From assembly GCA_963666425.2 (NCBI GenBank), contig OY762825.2:416001-480000 (forward strand): DNA of 64,000 nt. The letters run 5' to 3'. Shown here in pieces: positions 29,625 through 40,533 of the stretch. A program made the position numbers and the translations under genes. The notes beneath the pieces are model-generated. The model searched no databases, had not been told where the DNA came from, and saw nothing but the letters and a program-made list of their open reading frames with translations. Source of the DNA: Bacillota bacterium (GTDB taxonomy: Bacteria > Bacillota > JAAYKD01). Numbering within the stretch: the stretch's first letter is position 1; every line of letters starts with the position of its first letter.

Positions 29625-30323
29625 TCAGTCAACGCAGTAAACCTCCCTGTAAACTTCATCTAGTGTCATTTTTTTCACATTGCGAATTTCTTCCGTATTG
29701 CCGGCCAGGATAATTTTCCCGTCCTGCTGGAAATATGCCTCATCCAGTATGGATTCAATCTCCTGAATATGATGACTGGTCAGCAGGATGGAGCTTTCAT
29801 AATTGAAACCTTTTAAGATCGCGCCGAGAATCTGTTCCCGGGCAATCGGATCTACCCCATTGAGCGGTTCGTCCAACACAATCAACTTGGCCTCTCTGGA
29901 AAGAGTCAGAGTTAAAGACAATTTCTCCAACATGCCTTTGGATAAATCTTTGACAACCATTTCATTCTTCAGCTTCATGAACTCGAGCAGAGTATCAAAC
30001 TTTTCCGCATTGAAATCCTTAAAAAAGTCAGTATAGAATTTTTTTGCCTCTGCGATCCTCATCCAGGGATAGAGAAAATCGGTATCCGGCAAATAAGCAA
30101 CCATTGCTTTTGTCTTTACCCCTACCGGTTCGCCGCAGATTTGCAGGCTGCCGGCGCTTGGTCTGCTGAGTCCTGCCAACAGTTTCAGAAAAGTTGTTTT
30201 ACCGCTGCCATTCGGCCCCAAAAGGCCAACTATTTTACCACTCTCAACGATCATATCCATGCCGTTCAGCACCTGTTTATGCAGGAATTTTTTATAAACT
30301 GCCTGCGCTTCCAGAATTCTCAT
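29625..30323 (-). CDS. ABC transporter ATP-binding protein
   Basis: GPNGSGKT, LSKGM and LDEP motifs. Confidence 0.95.
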   Translation of the reverse strand: MRILEAQAVYKKFLHKQVLNGMDMIVESGKIVGLLGPNGSGKTTFLKLLAGLSRPSAGSLQICGEPVGVKTKAMVAYLPDTDFLYPWMRIAEAKKFYTDFFKDFNAEKFDTLLEFMKLKNEMVVKDLSKGMLEKLSLTLTLSREAKLIVLDEPLNGVDPIAREQILGAILKGFNYESSILLTSHHIQEIESILDEAYFQQDGKIILAGNTEEIRNVKKMTLDEVYREVYCVD

Positions 30324-30324
30324 T

Positions 30325-30687
30325 TTATCGCTCCTCCAAAATCTTCTTGAGATAGCTTACAATTTCCTGATTGGATAAACCCAATTCCAGCATCTGATCG
30401 GCAAAGCGCTGTGCATAACCTTGCGCCTGCGTTGCCTTGAGCTGATTGACCAATTCAGCGCCCTCCGCCACAAAGGTACCAATCCCACGCTGAGAATAAG
30501 TGATACCCTCTCTTTCCAATTCCTGAAAGACACGCTGAACCGTATTGGGATTGACTTTGAATGTTTCCGAAAATTCTCTGACCGACGGCATTTTTTCTCC
30601 CCCTTTGAGTTTACCGGATATGATGTCAGCTTTTACTTTTTGAATGATTTGTAAATAAATCGGCATGTTCTCTTCATACTTGATCAT
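30325..30687 (-). CDS. GntR (YtrA subfamily) regulator
   Basis: PIYLQI, MPSVRE, VNPNTVQR and RGIGTFV; TAGTGT..ACACTA palindrome upstream. Confidence 0.93.
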   Translation of the reverse strand: MIKYEENMPIYLQIIQKVKADIISGKLKGGEKMPSVREFSETFKVNPNTVQRVFQELEREGITYSQRGIGTFVAEGAELVNQLKATQAQGYAQRFADQMLELGLSNQEIVSYLKKILEER

Positions 30688-30797
30688 AGATCCACCCCCC
30701 AAGCTATTTCACTAGTGTGCTATCATATTAATACACTAACGATGCTTTGTCAATACCCTTTTTTAAAAAAATTGAAATATTCTTAATTTCAGCACAG

Positions 30798-30859
30798 TGA
30801 GCCAAGGGGACGGGGGTGTTGGCACAAGTTTGTGCCAACACCCCCGTCCCCTTGGCTCA
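30798..30859. repeat. REPIN-like inverted REP-1 doublet
   Basis: perfect arms, spacer AGTT; both outer ends TGAGCC; the right end is a stop codon. Confidence 0.95.
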
Positions 30860-31333
30860 CTTCACGAGCTCAATTGCTTCTTTACCGGTAATCTGTTCAA
30901 TGTCAATGGCAATTAAGTACGATTGACTGCAGCCGTCCACTTCTTTTTGCTTGGCTGCCTCTGGTTGATCGCCTGCGTATTTTTCCACAAAGGCCCGGAA
31001 CGCCTGCCGCTGTTCGTCGCCTTCGGCAATTCTGGCGCGGCCAAAAGCAATCACGCTGCGGAAATAAGTTGTGTATTTTTCACTGACAATTTTGTCTTCA
31101 TCCGTCACCGCAAAAGACACCTTTGGATTTTTGAGGATGGCATCTATTTTATGGCCGGACTTGGCCGAGTGAAAATAGATTTTCTGATTATAATAAACAT
31201 AACTGAGCGGCACCGCATAGGGGTAATCATCATCCCCTAAACACGCCAGAACTCCACAGGTGCATCTGCTCATTACCGCTGCCGTATCCTGCGGTGATAA
31301 CAATTGTTTTACTCTGCGCATGGCTCGAAACAT
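30857..31333 (-). CDS. pyridoxamine 5'-phosphate oxidase family (Nim-like) protein
   Basis: MFRAMRR, YPYAVPLSY, IYFHSA..GHK and RSVIAFG. Confidence 0.88.
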   Translation of the reverse strand: MFRAMRRVKQLLSPQDTAAVMSRCTCGVLACLGDDDYPYAVPLSYVYYNQKIYFHSAKSGHKIDAILKNPKVSFAVTDEDKIVSEKYTTYFRSVIAFGRARIAEGDEQRQAFRAFVEKYAGDQPEAAKQKEVDGCSQSYLIAIDIEQITGKEAIELVK

Positions 31334-31355
31334 CTTATTTTTCTCCCTTTCATTT

Positions 31356-31883
31356 TCAGCATTTCCAATCGATTTTAGCAGGATGCGGCTCATCGGCGAC
31401 TGCTACCGCCTGCAATGCAGCCAACATACGCCCGCATTCTTCCGCTGCCGCAAGTTGCAGCTGTTCCCATTGCGCTTCGGTTCCCAGCTTATCATAGGCA
31501 ACCGCCAAGGCGCCGTAAAAAGCAAGCCCGATGCAATGTCTGGCGGAATGAATTGTTGAAGCGCATTGGCCGATCGCCCTGGCTGCAGCCTGCGCCACCG
31601 GATTAGTTTCGCTTTCCCGGGCAGCCGCGTGACAGGCGAGGATGGCGGCTTTGGCTGCCGGCAGTTTGATGGTTCCGGTTAACCAATTTCGCGCCGCCTG
31701 CAGAGCCTGCTGCGGCCGCAAATCGTCCGGATAAGTTTTCGTCCAGAGCGGCAAAATAAACTGTTCGGCATAATTAACCGCCCAATGCGCCAGCGTTGGT
31801 TTACTCTGCGTGCTGATCAATGCCATCAGCGCCTGAATAGACGGTGCCTGCCAGTCACTGAGCATTTTTCTTAACCTTTGCAT
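31356..31883 (-). CDS. Imm5-like putative immunity protein
   Basis: DLRP..AL.AARNW, CHAAAR and AARAIGQ. Confidence 0.7.
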   Translation of the reverse strand: MQRLRKMLSDWQAPSIQALMALISTQSKPTLAHWAVNYAEQFILPLWTKTYPDDLRPQQALQAARNWLTGTIKLPAAKAAILACHAAARESETNPVAQAAARAIGQCASTIHSARHCIGLAFYGALAVAYDKLGTEAQWEQLQLAAAEECGRMLAALQAVAVADEPHPAKIDWKC

Positions 31884-31884
31884 C

Positions 31885-33330
31885 TTAGTATTTACCAATC
31901 GGCGGCTGCACGGAATCGGGCAGCGGACACTGATAAGCACCGCCGTTTTGTTTTAAAACGAGATTTTTCGCTTTCTCTACCAGCTCGGGTCTGGCCATGG
32001 TTTTGAGTGCGGCCAGCGCCATCACCGCGGCGGCAGTCAATAAACCTTTTTGAGCAATTTGGCTGCCCGCTTGGGCGGTCATTTGCCAGGAATGCCCCAC
32101 ATTGCCGATACAGGCGGTGGCAAGATTAAAATTGATGGTCGGCACCGCATAGGTCACATCGCCTACGTCGGTCGAACCGGAGGCATATTTACTGTTTTTG
32201 CTGTCATAGGGATGGACGCTTGCGTCCAACGGTTTTGCCAGGATTTCCTCCAGATTTTCTTCGCCATATTCCTGGCTGATCGCTTCTTTAATCGAGTTTA
32301 GCGTCGTTATGTTATAGCTCTCTAAAAAGGCTTTGGCCAGCTGATAATCCGAGGCATCCCATTTTGGCGCTCCTACTTCCTGCAGCGCTTCGTCCGCAAC
32401 GGCAGCCAGAGCCGCATTGGGGATATAATCGGAAAATGCCATGGTAACTTCATATTCCATGCTGGTTTCCGTCATCAGGGCGGCTCCCTGCGCCACTTTC
32501 ACCACACGCTCGAATAATTCTTTGACTTGTTTGACCTTAGGCGAACGCACTTCGTACTTGATCAGGCTTCTGTCCTGCACCACATTGGGCGAAACGCCGC
32601 CTGCATCCACGTAGGCGTAATGAATCCTGGCCTGATCAATCATATGCTCGCGCAGATAGTTGACCCCCACGCTCATCAGTTCCGCGGCATCCAGCGCACT
32701 TCTGCCCAACTGAGGCGAACCGCCGGCGTGGGAAGTCACACCTTTAAATTTGAAGTTGGCTCCCATGATGGCGACAGAGCGTGTGGACTGCACCTCGTTC
32801 TTGCTGGCCGGGTGCCAGGTGTAGACAAAGTCAACCCCATCGAACACCCCTGCTCTGGCCATGAATTGCTTGGAACCGGCGCCCTCTTCGGCCGGACAGC
32901 CAAAGAAATAAACCGTGCCGCTCTGCGGATGCGCGCTCAGGTATTGCTTAACCGCAATGGCCGCGCCCATTGCCGCGGCTCCCAGCGCATTGTGACCGCA
33001 GCCGTGTCCCGGATTGCCGACCACCAGCGAGCTGCGCTGCGGCTTGCCTGCTGCCTGACTCAAACCATCCAGCGCATCGTATTCACCGAGAAAACCGAAA
33101 ACCGGTTTGCCGCTGCCGAATTTTGCCGTGAAGGCCGTCGGCATGGCAGCCACTCCCCGCTCGATGCTAAACCCTTCGCTTGCCAAGACGTCGCTCAACA
33201 ATTTTGCCGATTGAAATTCGGCATAGGGCAGCTCGGCATATTGCCAGATCCGGTCGCTGACTCCTAAAATGAGATCACGCTTTTCTGCTAAGACCCGATT
33301 GATGAAATCTAATTGCATTTTACCCGTCAC
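31885..33330 (-). CDS. M20 amidohydrolase (AbgB-like)
   Basis: GEYDAL, GHGCGHN, GCPAEE, WHP and GSTDVGDV motifs. Confidence 0.9.
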   Translation of the reverse strand: MTGKMQLDFINRVLAEKRDLILGVSDRIWQYAELPYAEFQSAKLLSDVLASEGFSIERGVAAMPTAFTAKFGSGKPVFGFLGEYDALDGLSQAAGKPQRSSLVVGNPGHGCGHNALGAAAMGAAIAVKQYLSAHPQSGTVYFFGCPAEEGAGSKQFMARAGVFDGVDFVYTWHPASKNEVQSTRSVAIMGANFKFKGVTSHAGGSPQLGRSALDAAELMSVGVNYLREHMIDQARIHYAYVDAGGVSPNVVQDRSLIKYEVRSPKVKQVKELFERVVKVAQGAALMTETSMEYEVTMAFSDYIPNAALAAVADEALQEVGAPKWDASDYQLAKAFLESYNITTLNSIKEAISQEYGEENLEEILAKPLDASVHPYDSKNSKYASGSTDVGDVTYAVPTINFNLATACIGNVGHSWQMTAQAGSQIAQKGLLTAAAVMALAALKTMARPELVEKAKNLVLKQNGGAYQCPLPDSVQPPIGKY

Positions 33331-33338
33331 CCCGCTTG

Positions 33339-34079
33339 TTATTGTAAGATTTTGTTGAGAAATTCAATGGTTCTGGCCTGCTGCGGATTGCCAAACAGCT
33401 GCGCAGGCGTGCCTTGTTCCTGAATGATCCCATCCGCCATAAAGAGGACTCGGTCGCTCACTTCCTTTGCAAATCTGATTTCATGCGTCACGATGACGAT
33501 TGTCATACCGGACAGCGCCAAATCCCTGATCACATCCAAAACTTCTTTCACCATTTCCGGATCGAGTGCACTGGTGGGCTCGTCAAACAACATCACTTTG
33601 GGTTCCATGGCCAAGGCTCTGACAATAGCCAGTCTTTGCTTCTGACCGCCGGAGAGTTTAGTAGGATATTCGTCTTTCTTCTCCAATAATCCTACCCGTT
33701 CTAAAAGTTCACAGGCTCGCTGCTCCGCCGCCTGTTTTGTCATCTTCTTTACCAGGATTGGCGCCAGGCTAATATTCTGTAAAACAGTCAAATGCGGAAA
33801 AACATGAAAGAGCTGAAAAACCATACCGATTTTCTGTCGATGCTGATCCAGATTGGTATTTTTCTGCGTCAGATCGAAACCCTCAAAATAGACTTTGCCG
33901 GCGCTGACGCTTTCCAATAAGTTCAGACAGCGCAAGAAGGTGCTTTTACCGCCACCGGAGGGCCCGATGATCGAAACGACTTCCCCTTCGTAAATTGTCT
34001 CTGAGATATTTTGCAGCACACGCAATTTGCCAAACGATTTCGACAGATTTTCCACACGAATCAATGCGTTATCCTTCAT
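33339..34079 (-). CDS. polar amino acid ABC transporter ATPase
   Basis: [16 protein letters not shown] and [11 protein letters not shown]. Confidence 0.95.
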   Translation of the reverse strand: MKDNALIRVENLSKSFGKLRVLQNISETIYEGEVVSIIGPSGGGKSTFLRCLNLLESVSAGKVYFEGFDLTQKNTNLDQHRQKIGMVFQLFHVFPHLTVLQNISLAPILVKKMTKQAAEQRACELLERVGLLEKKDEYPTKLSGGQKQRLAIVRALAMEPKVMLFDEPTSALDPEMVKEVLDVIRDLALSGMTIVIVTHEIRFAKEVSDRVLFMADGIIQEQGTPAQLFGNPQQARTIEFLNKILQ

Positions 34080-34749
34080 CACAGCGCAAACTCCTTTCAT
34101 AGAACTGCAGCCCTCTGGCCAGAATGCTTGTCAGCAAAAAATAAATCACACCGGCAATCAGCAGGGAGGGAATCGCTAAAAAAGTCGCCGCCTGCACTGT
34201 TTTATAAGTGGTTGTCAGCTCCTGAATAAAAAACACCGAGGCCAGCGAGGTTTGTTTCACCATCGAGATATACTCATTGCCCAATGCCGGCAGAATGTTT
34301 TTAATCGCCTGCGGCAAGATGATCTGTTTCATCGTATGATAAGCCGAAAGTCCCAAACTTCTGGCGGCCTCAGCCTGACCCTGATCCACCGCCTGGATGC
34401 CGGCGCGGATCACCTCGGCGATATAAGCACTGGCGTTGACAATCAAGGCAATCACAATGCAGGCCGTATCACTGATCCGCACCGGCAGCAGCTTTGGCAG
34501 CACCAGCCAGAAAAAATAGAGCTGCAACAGAATGGGCGTGCCGCGGATCAGACTGATATAGACGGTTGTGAACGCATCCAGGACTTTTTGCTGTGATAAT
34601 TTCATCAGCGCAATCAAAGCACCCACGACGCTGGCCGCCGCTACGGTCACGGCAGCCAGCCAAATAGTACCCCATAACCCGTGGAGATAGACATAACCGT
34701 ATTTTTGCCAAAGCAGGATCACAGTTTGCAGCATGGTTCGCACCCGCAC
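34069..34749 (-). CDS. polar amino acid ABC transporter permease
   Basis: RGTPILLQ and [18 protein letters not shown]. Confidence 0.95.
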   Translation of the reverse strand: MRVRTMLQTVILLWQKYGYVYLHGLWGTIWLAAVTVAAASVVGALIALMKLSQQKVLDAFTTVYISLIRGTPILLQLYFFWLVLPKLLPVRISDTACIVIALIVNASAYIAEVIRAGIQAVDQGQAEAARSLGLSAYHTMKQIILPQAIKNILPALGNEYISMVKQTSLASVFFIQELTTTYKTVQAATFLAIPSLLIAGVIYFLLTSILARGLQFYERSLRCDEG

Positions 34750-34762
34750 TTTCTTATTTGGA

Positions 34763-35626
34763 TTATAAGCCTAATTTTTTGGCATACTCCGTATACTGCC
34801 GATACCATTCGTCGTATTGACCGGAGCTGACTACTTGATCGATGATCTGATTGATGCGATCGGCCAATTCCGTTTCACCCAAAGGCATGCCGATTCTGCT
34901 GCCATCCAATTCCGGATCAACAACAAAAGTGAAATTTTCAACAATCGCTAAGCCGCTGTCCGGATTAGCATCAATATACAATTGCGCCATGGCTTTCGAG
35001 ACAACACAGACATCCGCTTTTTGCTCCTGCACCATTAAAATCCCATCCGTAGTGGCGGAAACCCGCTTCAATTCTTTCAGCTTCGGGATTTGTTCGTTGG
35101 CAAAGACTTCCTGCAGCGAACCGCTTTGCACAACCACGGTGGCATTGGCCAAATCTTCGGCTGATTGAATTTTGTCCTGAGCCTCTTGCCTGATCAATAA
35201 GCCGTTGCCCGGGGTGTCTTTGGCAAAATAATAACCCTTAGACAACAACATGGCCGACGACCTGGCCGGCGTATAAGCCAAAGCTGAGATCGCCAAATCA
35301 TACTTCCCTTCGGTGATGCTGCTTAGAACAGCCGAGAATTCCAAGGGGATAATTCTCAGCTCCACCCCCAATTGCGCGGCGATATATTTGGCTAATTCGA
35401 TATCGCTGCCCACATATTTGTCGTTACCGCTTTTGCTGGGGTCGATAAATTCATTCGGCGCAAAATAAGGTTCTGTCACCACCTCCAGGTAACCCCGATC
35501 CAAAATTGCCTGTAAGCGATTCTGCGCTTTGGCGGCATTCGCCGCTGGTTTGGCGTTGCAGCCACCAATCAAAACCAGAACAACAGAAAGTACGACCACG
35601 AAAACCAATTTGAAACTCTTTTTCAT
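34763..35626 (-). CDS. amino acid ABC transporter substrate-binding lipoprotein
   Basis: lipobox IGGC, family-3 SBP motifs; start MKKSFK after AGGAGG. Confidence 0.92.
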   Translation of the reverse strand: MKKSFKLVFVVVLSVVLVLIGGCNAKPAANAAKAQNRLQAILDRGYLEVVTEPYFAPNEFIDPSKSGNDKYVGSDIELAKYIAAQLGVELRIIPLEFSAVLSSITEGKYDLAISALAYTPARSSAMLLSKGYYFAKDTPGNGLLIRQEAQDKIQSAEDLANATVVVQSGSLQEVFANEQIPKLKELKRVSATTDGILMVQEQKADVCVVSKAMAQLYIDANPDSGLAIVENFTFVVDPELDGSRIGMPLGETELADRINQIIDQVVSSGQYDEWYRQYTEYAKKLGL

Positions 35627-35694
35627 TACAACTTCCTCCTTCATTTTTTGACAAAATCCAATTCTCGTAAAGCAGCATACTTTCTGTGGAGGAT

Positions 35695-35965
35695 AAAAAA
35701 AATCGCCCTCTAGCTTAACGCTAGAGGGCGAGAATATTTCATCACGTGGTTCCACCTCAATTTATTGATGCTTCGCAGCATCAACCTCAAAAAGTACTAA
35801 CATACTTCTGCACTATAACGGGTGCGAGTTCCCGGATCCAACTACTCCCAAAATGGTTTCATCGATCAGCTCAAAGACGTGTTCACAGCGGCTTATTTAT
35901 GTACTTTCACCAAACGTACACTCTCTGAAAAATAAAACCGCAGCTACTATTTCTTGTCACAGCTA
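35695..35965 (-). promoter_or_regulatory. T-box riboswitch, probable specifier CAC (His)
   Basis: AGTA, AGAGA and GGTGAAA in stem I; GAA-CAC-G specifier loop; T-box AATTGAGGTGGAACCACG; terminator TCGCCCTCTAGC..GCTAGAGGGCGA-T7. Confidence 0.88.
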
Positions 35966-36075
35966 TTCTCTGTTTATTAGTTGCAGATCATAGCACGATG
36001 TTTTCGCTTTGTAAATACGCGGAGCCATTATTTTTAAATCATTTGCAATACGACAGAAAATAAAGAGCTTTGCTG

Positions 36076-36468
36076 TTAGGCATGCAGCAGCTGCAGGATG
36101 CGATACAGCTCGACCATCACCGTCTTAAGCAGAATGACCGCAGAAAGCAGATAAAATTCAAACTGCCAGACATTTTGTTTGCGGAAGATCAGGGCAGCAA
36201 TTGCAATGACAAAGCCAAGTGCACCCAAAACAGAAAGCACCGTCATCAGCCAACTGCCGGCCGGGATCAGTGCGGTAGCCGTACTGATATTGTCTTTCAT
36301 TCCGCTCATGATCGACATCAGCAAGCCCAGAAAGAATAAGCAGGCGACCAAAAGGCCCCAATGGCTGATATTGCCTCTTTTGGCGTAAACAATACAGAAA
36401 AAAACACCAAAGCCCAGAATTAAAACCGTTGAGATGATATTCGATAAATTTGAGAAATATAACTTCAT
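36076..36468 (-). CDS. hypothetical 4-TM membrane protein
   Basis: hydrophobic ORF with an AGGAG RBS. Confidence 0.6.
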   Translation of the reverse strand: MKLYFSNLSNIISTVLILGFGVFFCIVYAKRGNISHWGLLVACLFFLGLLMSIMSGMKDNISTATALIPAGSWLMTVLSVLGALGFVIAIAALIFRKQNVWQFEFYLLSAVILLKTVMVELYRILQLLHA

Positions 36469-36548
36469 TTTTTCTTTCTCCTTCTCTTTTTTCGCTTTCG
36501 CTTTTCTCACAACTCTACTTTTTGCAGGGCTGAGCAAAGCTTGCTTGC

Positions 36549-36776
36549 TTACTGGATTCTCTTGAGAGAAACCAAAATCAGGTTCATGTCCCTAATTCGG
36601 TTTAGGAGGGAAAATAGCATCGCCTGATCCGCCAACACGCCCACCATCTGTGTCTCACCCTCCGGCAGATAATGAAATTCCATTTCGGCAAAGTCCCTTA
36701 ACCGTTTTTGATCAATCTGGCTCTCGACCACAATTTCGTAATAATCCATTTCTCTATGCCGGTCAGCACGTTTCAC
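36549..36776 (-). CDS. small hypothetical protein downstream of the MalT-like regulator
   Basis: YEIVV..G.LADQAML..LL.RIRD.NL.LVS pattern. Confidence 0.65.
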   Translation of the reverse strand: MKRADRHREMDYYEIVVESQIDQKRLRDFAEMEFHYLPEGETQMVGVLADQAMLFSLLNRIRDMNLILVSLKRIQ

Positions 36777-36898
36777 CTCCCTGATCTGTTTTTTCGAACA
36801 TGAATATTGACAACCTATTTATACCGCATTCGACGTTTCATTTCGCCATAGAAAATGACTGTTTTGACCAAAAAAGAAAACCCACAGAAATCTGTGGG

Positions 36899-39565
36899 TT
36901 AAAGCAGGCTGAGTTGGTTGGCTTTCAGAACCGCCTGTGTTCTGTTTTTTACGCCAAGTTTGGCATAAATATGAGAAATATGCCACTGGGTTGTATTTTC
37001 TGAAATGTAGAGAGTTTTTGCGATCGCGGAATTAGACAATCCGGCTGCAATCAGGCTCAATATTTCCAGTTCTCTTTTGCTTAATGGCTCCGTATCCGCC
37101 AGCATGGCCTGCTGCAAGGCAGAAACCGGCTGATTGATGCGCACCGGAGTCTTGGCGGTGAATTTCGAAATTCCCAGGAATTCCTGTAATCTTCGGCTTT
37201 GCGGCGCTCGTTCTTTCTGCAGAGAGCAAAGCAGTTGCTGCAGCAGCTCCTCATCCTCCAGAAACAGCCGCCGATACCCTTGCGGTTTTGCTAACTGCAG
37301 GGCTTTCTCCAGATATTCGCCGGCTTTTTTATCGTCCCGCACCAACCCATAGGCCTCAGCAGATAAAATCGCGGCCGCCAGCCTCACTTTAAATTTCTTG
37401 TTTTGCAGGGGGTCGTTTTCCAAACCGGCCAGCAATCTGCAGGCTTGCTCTGCCTCTTTTAGATAAAGCAGGAATCTGACATAAGCCAGGGAGACTTCTG
37501 CCACTGCCGGCTCCGCCGTGGATTCCGTTTGGATTTTCAATTTCAGTGCTAACGTCTGGGCTGCTTCCACCCTGCCGGCCTGCAGCAGCAGCTCGGTTAA
37601 CACCGCTCTGATTTGACCCTGCAGCAAAGTCCTGTTTTCCCGCTCGGCAGCCAACAAAGCGGCTTCCATCTGCTGTATTGCTGTTTCTCTTTCTCCGGTG
37701 GCAAAACGAATCCGGCTCAGTATGATTTCGGTCGAAGGTGTCCAGCCATAAGAGATACTGCGGCATAATTCCATCCCTCTTGTCATACAGTCTTTTGCCT
37801 GCTCCAGCTCATTGCGCTCATAGTACAACTCCGCTAAGCTGAGATCAATCACACCAATGTAGGGAAGCAATTTTCCGAATTGCTGCTGCATTTTTTCGAT
37901 GTAAGTTGCATACAATGCAATGGCATCGCTGCATCGGCCCAGATCATTCAGGCAGGCTCCCAGGTATTTTAAGGACAGCGTGGTGATGAAACTGCAGCCC
38001 AGCTGTAAAGCTTCCTGATAGGCCATTTGAAAGGTCTGGTAGGCTTCTTCGGCGCTGCCCCGCAGCTCCTGCGCCCAGCCAAGCGTGTTTAAAGTGGAAA
38101 TTCTAGCCATCGGATCCCATGGTTCCAGGAATTGCAGTGCTTGACCAGCCATCGCTTCCGGATCACCATAACCGCCTTGCTGCGCGATAATCGCCTTCAG
38201 GCTTAACAGCAACCCGATATTGTGCGGTGCTGCCGTTGGCATATAATCTTCTTCCAGGCTGTGCAAATAGGCAATCGTCTCGGCTTTCCTGCCAATTAAG
38301 TAGAGCGCCCAAGCTTTGCGCACAGCCAGAATTTCACTTGCCCGGATCCGGTTTTCCGGCAGGGCGCTGATCCAGCTGACAAGGGTTGTCAGCTGAGCAT
38401 TTTGAAAAGCTTCTTCGGTGCTGTCTTCAATCAAGCGGACAGTATAAGCAGGATCACCCGCTTTCAGGGCATGCTTCACTGCCTCCTGATGATAGCCGTG
38501 CGCCCAGAACCACTCTGCTGCCTTTTTCTGCAGCTCTTGTTCCTGCTTTTCGGTGAGCTCCGCTCGCAGAGAATCCGCAAACAGATGATGATAGCGATAC
38601 CACTCTTTGGCTGCATCCAGCGGAATCAGGAACAGGTTGGCCTTCTCCAGATCACGCAGCAGCTGTTTGCTGTTGTTGGTTCCCAGGATAAAATCGCATA
38701 AAGCACCGTTCATTCTGTCCAGAATTGCGGTTTTACATAAAAAATCTCTGATGGATGCCGTTTGACGATTGATGACTTCTTCCACCAAATAGTCGATGAT
38801 ATACCGATGCGTATGGGTGAGCAGATCGATAAATTCTTCTACATCCCACTCTGCCGCACCGGACAGCGACAAACCAACCAGCTGCAGACCGGCTGCCCAG
38901 CCTTCCGTCCGACTTGCCACTGCGCTGACTGCCGATTTGCTCAGCTGCAATCCCATGACGTCCTGGAGAAAGCGCTCCGACTCTTCGGCGGTAAAACACA
39001 AATCCTGCAGCCTAATCTCTGTAATTTCCTGCTGCACTCTTAAATTGGCGAGCGGTAGATGGGGATCTTCTCTGCTGATGATCACCAAATGAAAATTCGG
39101 CGGCTGATGCTCTAAAAGAAAGCGAACCGCAGCATGAACCGGTTCGGAATGAATCAAATGAAAATCATCCAGAACCAATATGATTTTCTCGGGTGAAACG
39201 GCAATCTCATTGATGAGCAGAGTCATGGCAGTTTGTACAGAAGCGAAGTTCGCATCAAAGAGCATTGCTTCCGTATCTGCGCCGATCGCCAAGCCGGCCT
39301 TTTTCAGAGCGGCAAGACAATAAGACAAAAACTGCGGAAAATCGTTATCGTTGGCATCGAGTGAAATCCAGGCGGATTTGCAGGGCAGTACTTTAAGCAG
39401 GCTAAGAACAAGGCTGGTCTTGCCATATCCGGCCGGTGCGGAAACCAAGGTCAGCTTCTGATTTCGTCTGACCCCGCCAGCCATCTTTTCAATCAGATTT
39501 GTTCGCTCGATGCGGCTTCCGCGCAGTTCCGGCATATATAACTTGGTTGACAGTATCGCTGCCAA
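36899..39565 (-). CDS. MalT-like LuxR family regulator (ATPase-TPR-HTH)
   Basis: APAGYGKT, LVLDDFH, TEGWAAGLQL, YRYHHLF and C-terminal LuxR HTH. Confidence 0.93.
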   Translation of the reverse strand: MAAILSTKLYMPELRGSRIERTNLIEKMAGGVRRNQKLTLVSAPAGYGKTSLVLSLLKVLPCKSAWISLDANDNDFPQFLSYCLAALKKAGLAIGADTEAMLFDANFASVQTAMTLLINEIAVSPEKIILVLDDFHLIHSEPVHAAVRFLLEHQPPNFHLVIISREDPHLPLANLRVQQEITEIRLQDLCFTAEESERFLQDVMGLQLSKSAVSAVASRTEGWAAGLQLVGLSLSGAAEWDVEEFIDLLTHTHRYIIDYLVEEVINRQTASIRDFLCKTAILDRMNGALCDFILGTNNSKQLLRDLEKANLFLIPLDAAKEWYRYHHLFADSLRAELTEKQEQELQKKAAEWFWAHGYHQEAVKHALKAGDPAYTVRLIEDSTEEAFQNAQLTTLVSWISALPENRIRASEILAVRKAWALYLIGRKAETIAYLHSLEEDYMPTAAPHNIGLLLSLKAIIAQQGGYGDPEAMAGQALQFLEPWDPMARISTLNTLGWAQELRGSAEEAYQTFQMAYQEALQLGCSFITTLSLKYLGACLNDLGRCSDAIALYATYIEKMQQQFGKLLPYIGVIDLSLAELYYERNELEQAKDCMTRGMELCRSISYGWTPSTEIILSRIRFATGERETAIQQMEAALLAAERENRTLLQGQIRAVLTELLLQAGRVEAAQTLALKLKIQTESTAEPAVAEVSLAYVRFLLYLKEAEQACRLLAGLENDPLQNKKFKVRLAAAILSAEAYGLVRDDKKAGEYLEKALQLAKPQGYRRLFLEDEELLQQLLCSLQKERAPQSRRLQEFLGISKFTAKTPVRINQPVSALQQAMLADTEPLSKRELEILSLIAAGLSNSAIAKTLYISENTTQWHISHIYAKLGVKNRTQAVLKANQLSLL

Positions 39566-39886
39566 AACAGTCCCACCTCCCGAAAAATCTTCCGGATTGA
39601 TTCTCTTCTATTTCTCATATATTTCGTATTAACCCCTGAAAATTCCTCTTGCTGTAACCTCAAAATCGCTGATGAAAAAAATAAAAGGAGCCACGAAGTT
39701 CAACCTCGTTGCTGTAGTAGTTGCAGTAAGCAAATACAGTCGTAAGAAGGAAGAACTACCTGGCTCCGGAACGATTTTGGTAGTATGCGGCTGAAATCAG
39801 CCTTTGTTTTAGCGAACGCAGCCCGCGGTCTCCCCTGCTGCTTCGTTAAGCATCTTGGGTTTGTTCCTGCGCATCTGGGTGAAAAA

Positions 39887-40515
39887 CTAGCTCTCTTTGA
39901 CGGGTTCCTTTCCGGCAGAAAGACCGGCCAGGTAGCCAAACGTCATCGCCGGACCGATGGTGCTGCCCGCTCCCCAATAGGCATTGGCAGTGGGAGAAGC
40001 GATACAGTTGCCGACGCCATAAAGGCCTGAAATTGGGTTGCTATGCACATCCAACACCTGGGCGTGATCATTGATGATGGGTCCGCCATTTGTATCCAGC
40101 GTTCCCGCTGCCAGAATGACCGCATAGTAGGGGCCTTCTGTACTCAGCGGATACATCGTATAGTTTTTACTGTCTTTGGGCGGCCACTCCGCACCGGGGC
40201 TGTGGGCGGAAAGGTTGTCCACTCCCGGTCATAATTGAACTCACCGCGGCTGAACTCTTCATCCTTACCCTTTTCAGCAAATTCATTGAAACTGACGATC
40301 GTCTTCTTCAAATCCGCCAAAAACTCCGACGCTATACTAAAACCGGCAATCTTTTCGGACAATTTGCCTAAGCGCTGCGATAAGGCTTGCGTCAGTTCAT
40401 CCAAGCTTTGCCCGCTGATGATGTAAGAGAGCAGCGTATCGCTTTGCGGTGGATAAGGTGGGAAACCCTGCCACAATTGCGCCGTTCTCCGATCGTAAAT
40501 CAGAAAAACAAGCAT
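39887..40515 (-). pseudogene. C-terminal remnant of a FAD-binding oxidoreductase (KstD/fumarate reductase-like), frameshifted
   Basis: two overlapping ORFs with GPYYA, TNGG, GLYGVGN and [15 protein letters not shown]; frameshift near 40195; N-terminus missing. Confidence 0.8.
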
Positions 40516-40533
40516 GTTTGTCCATTTTTCGCT

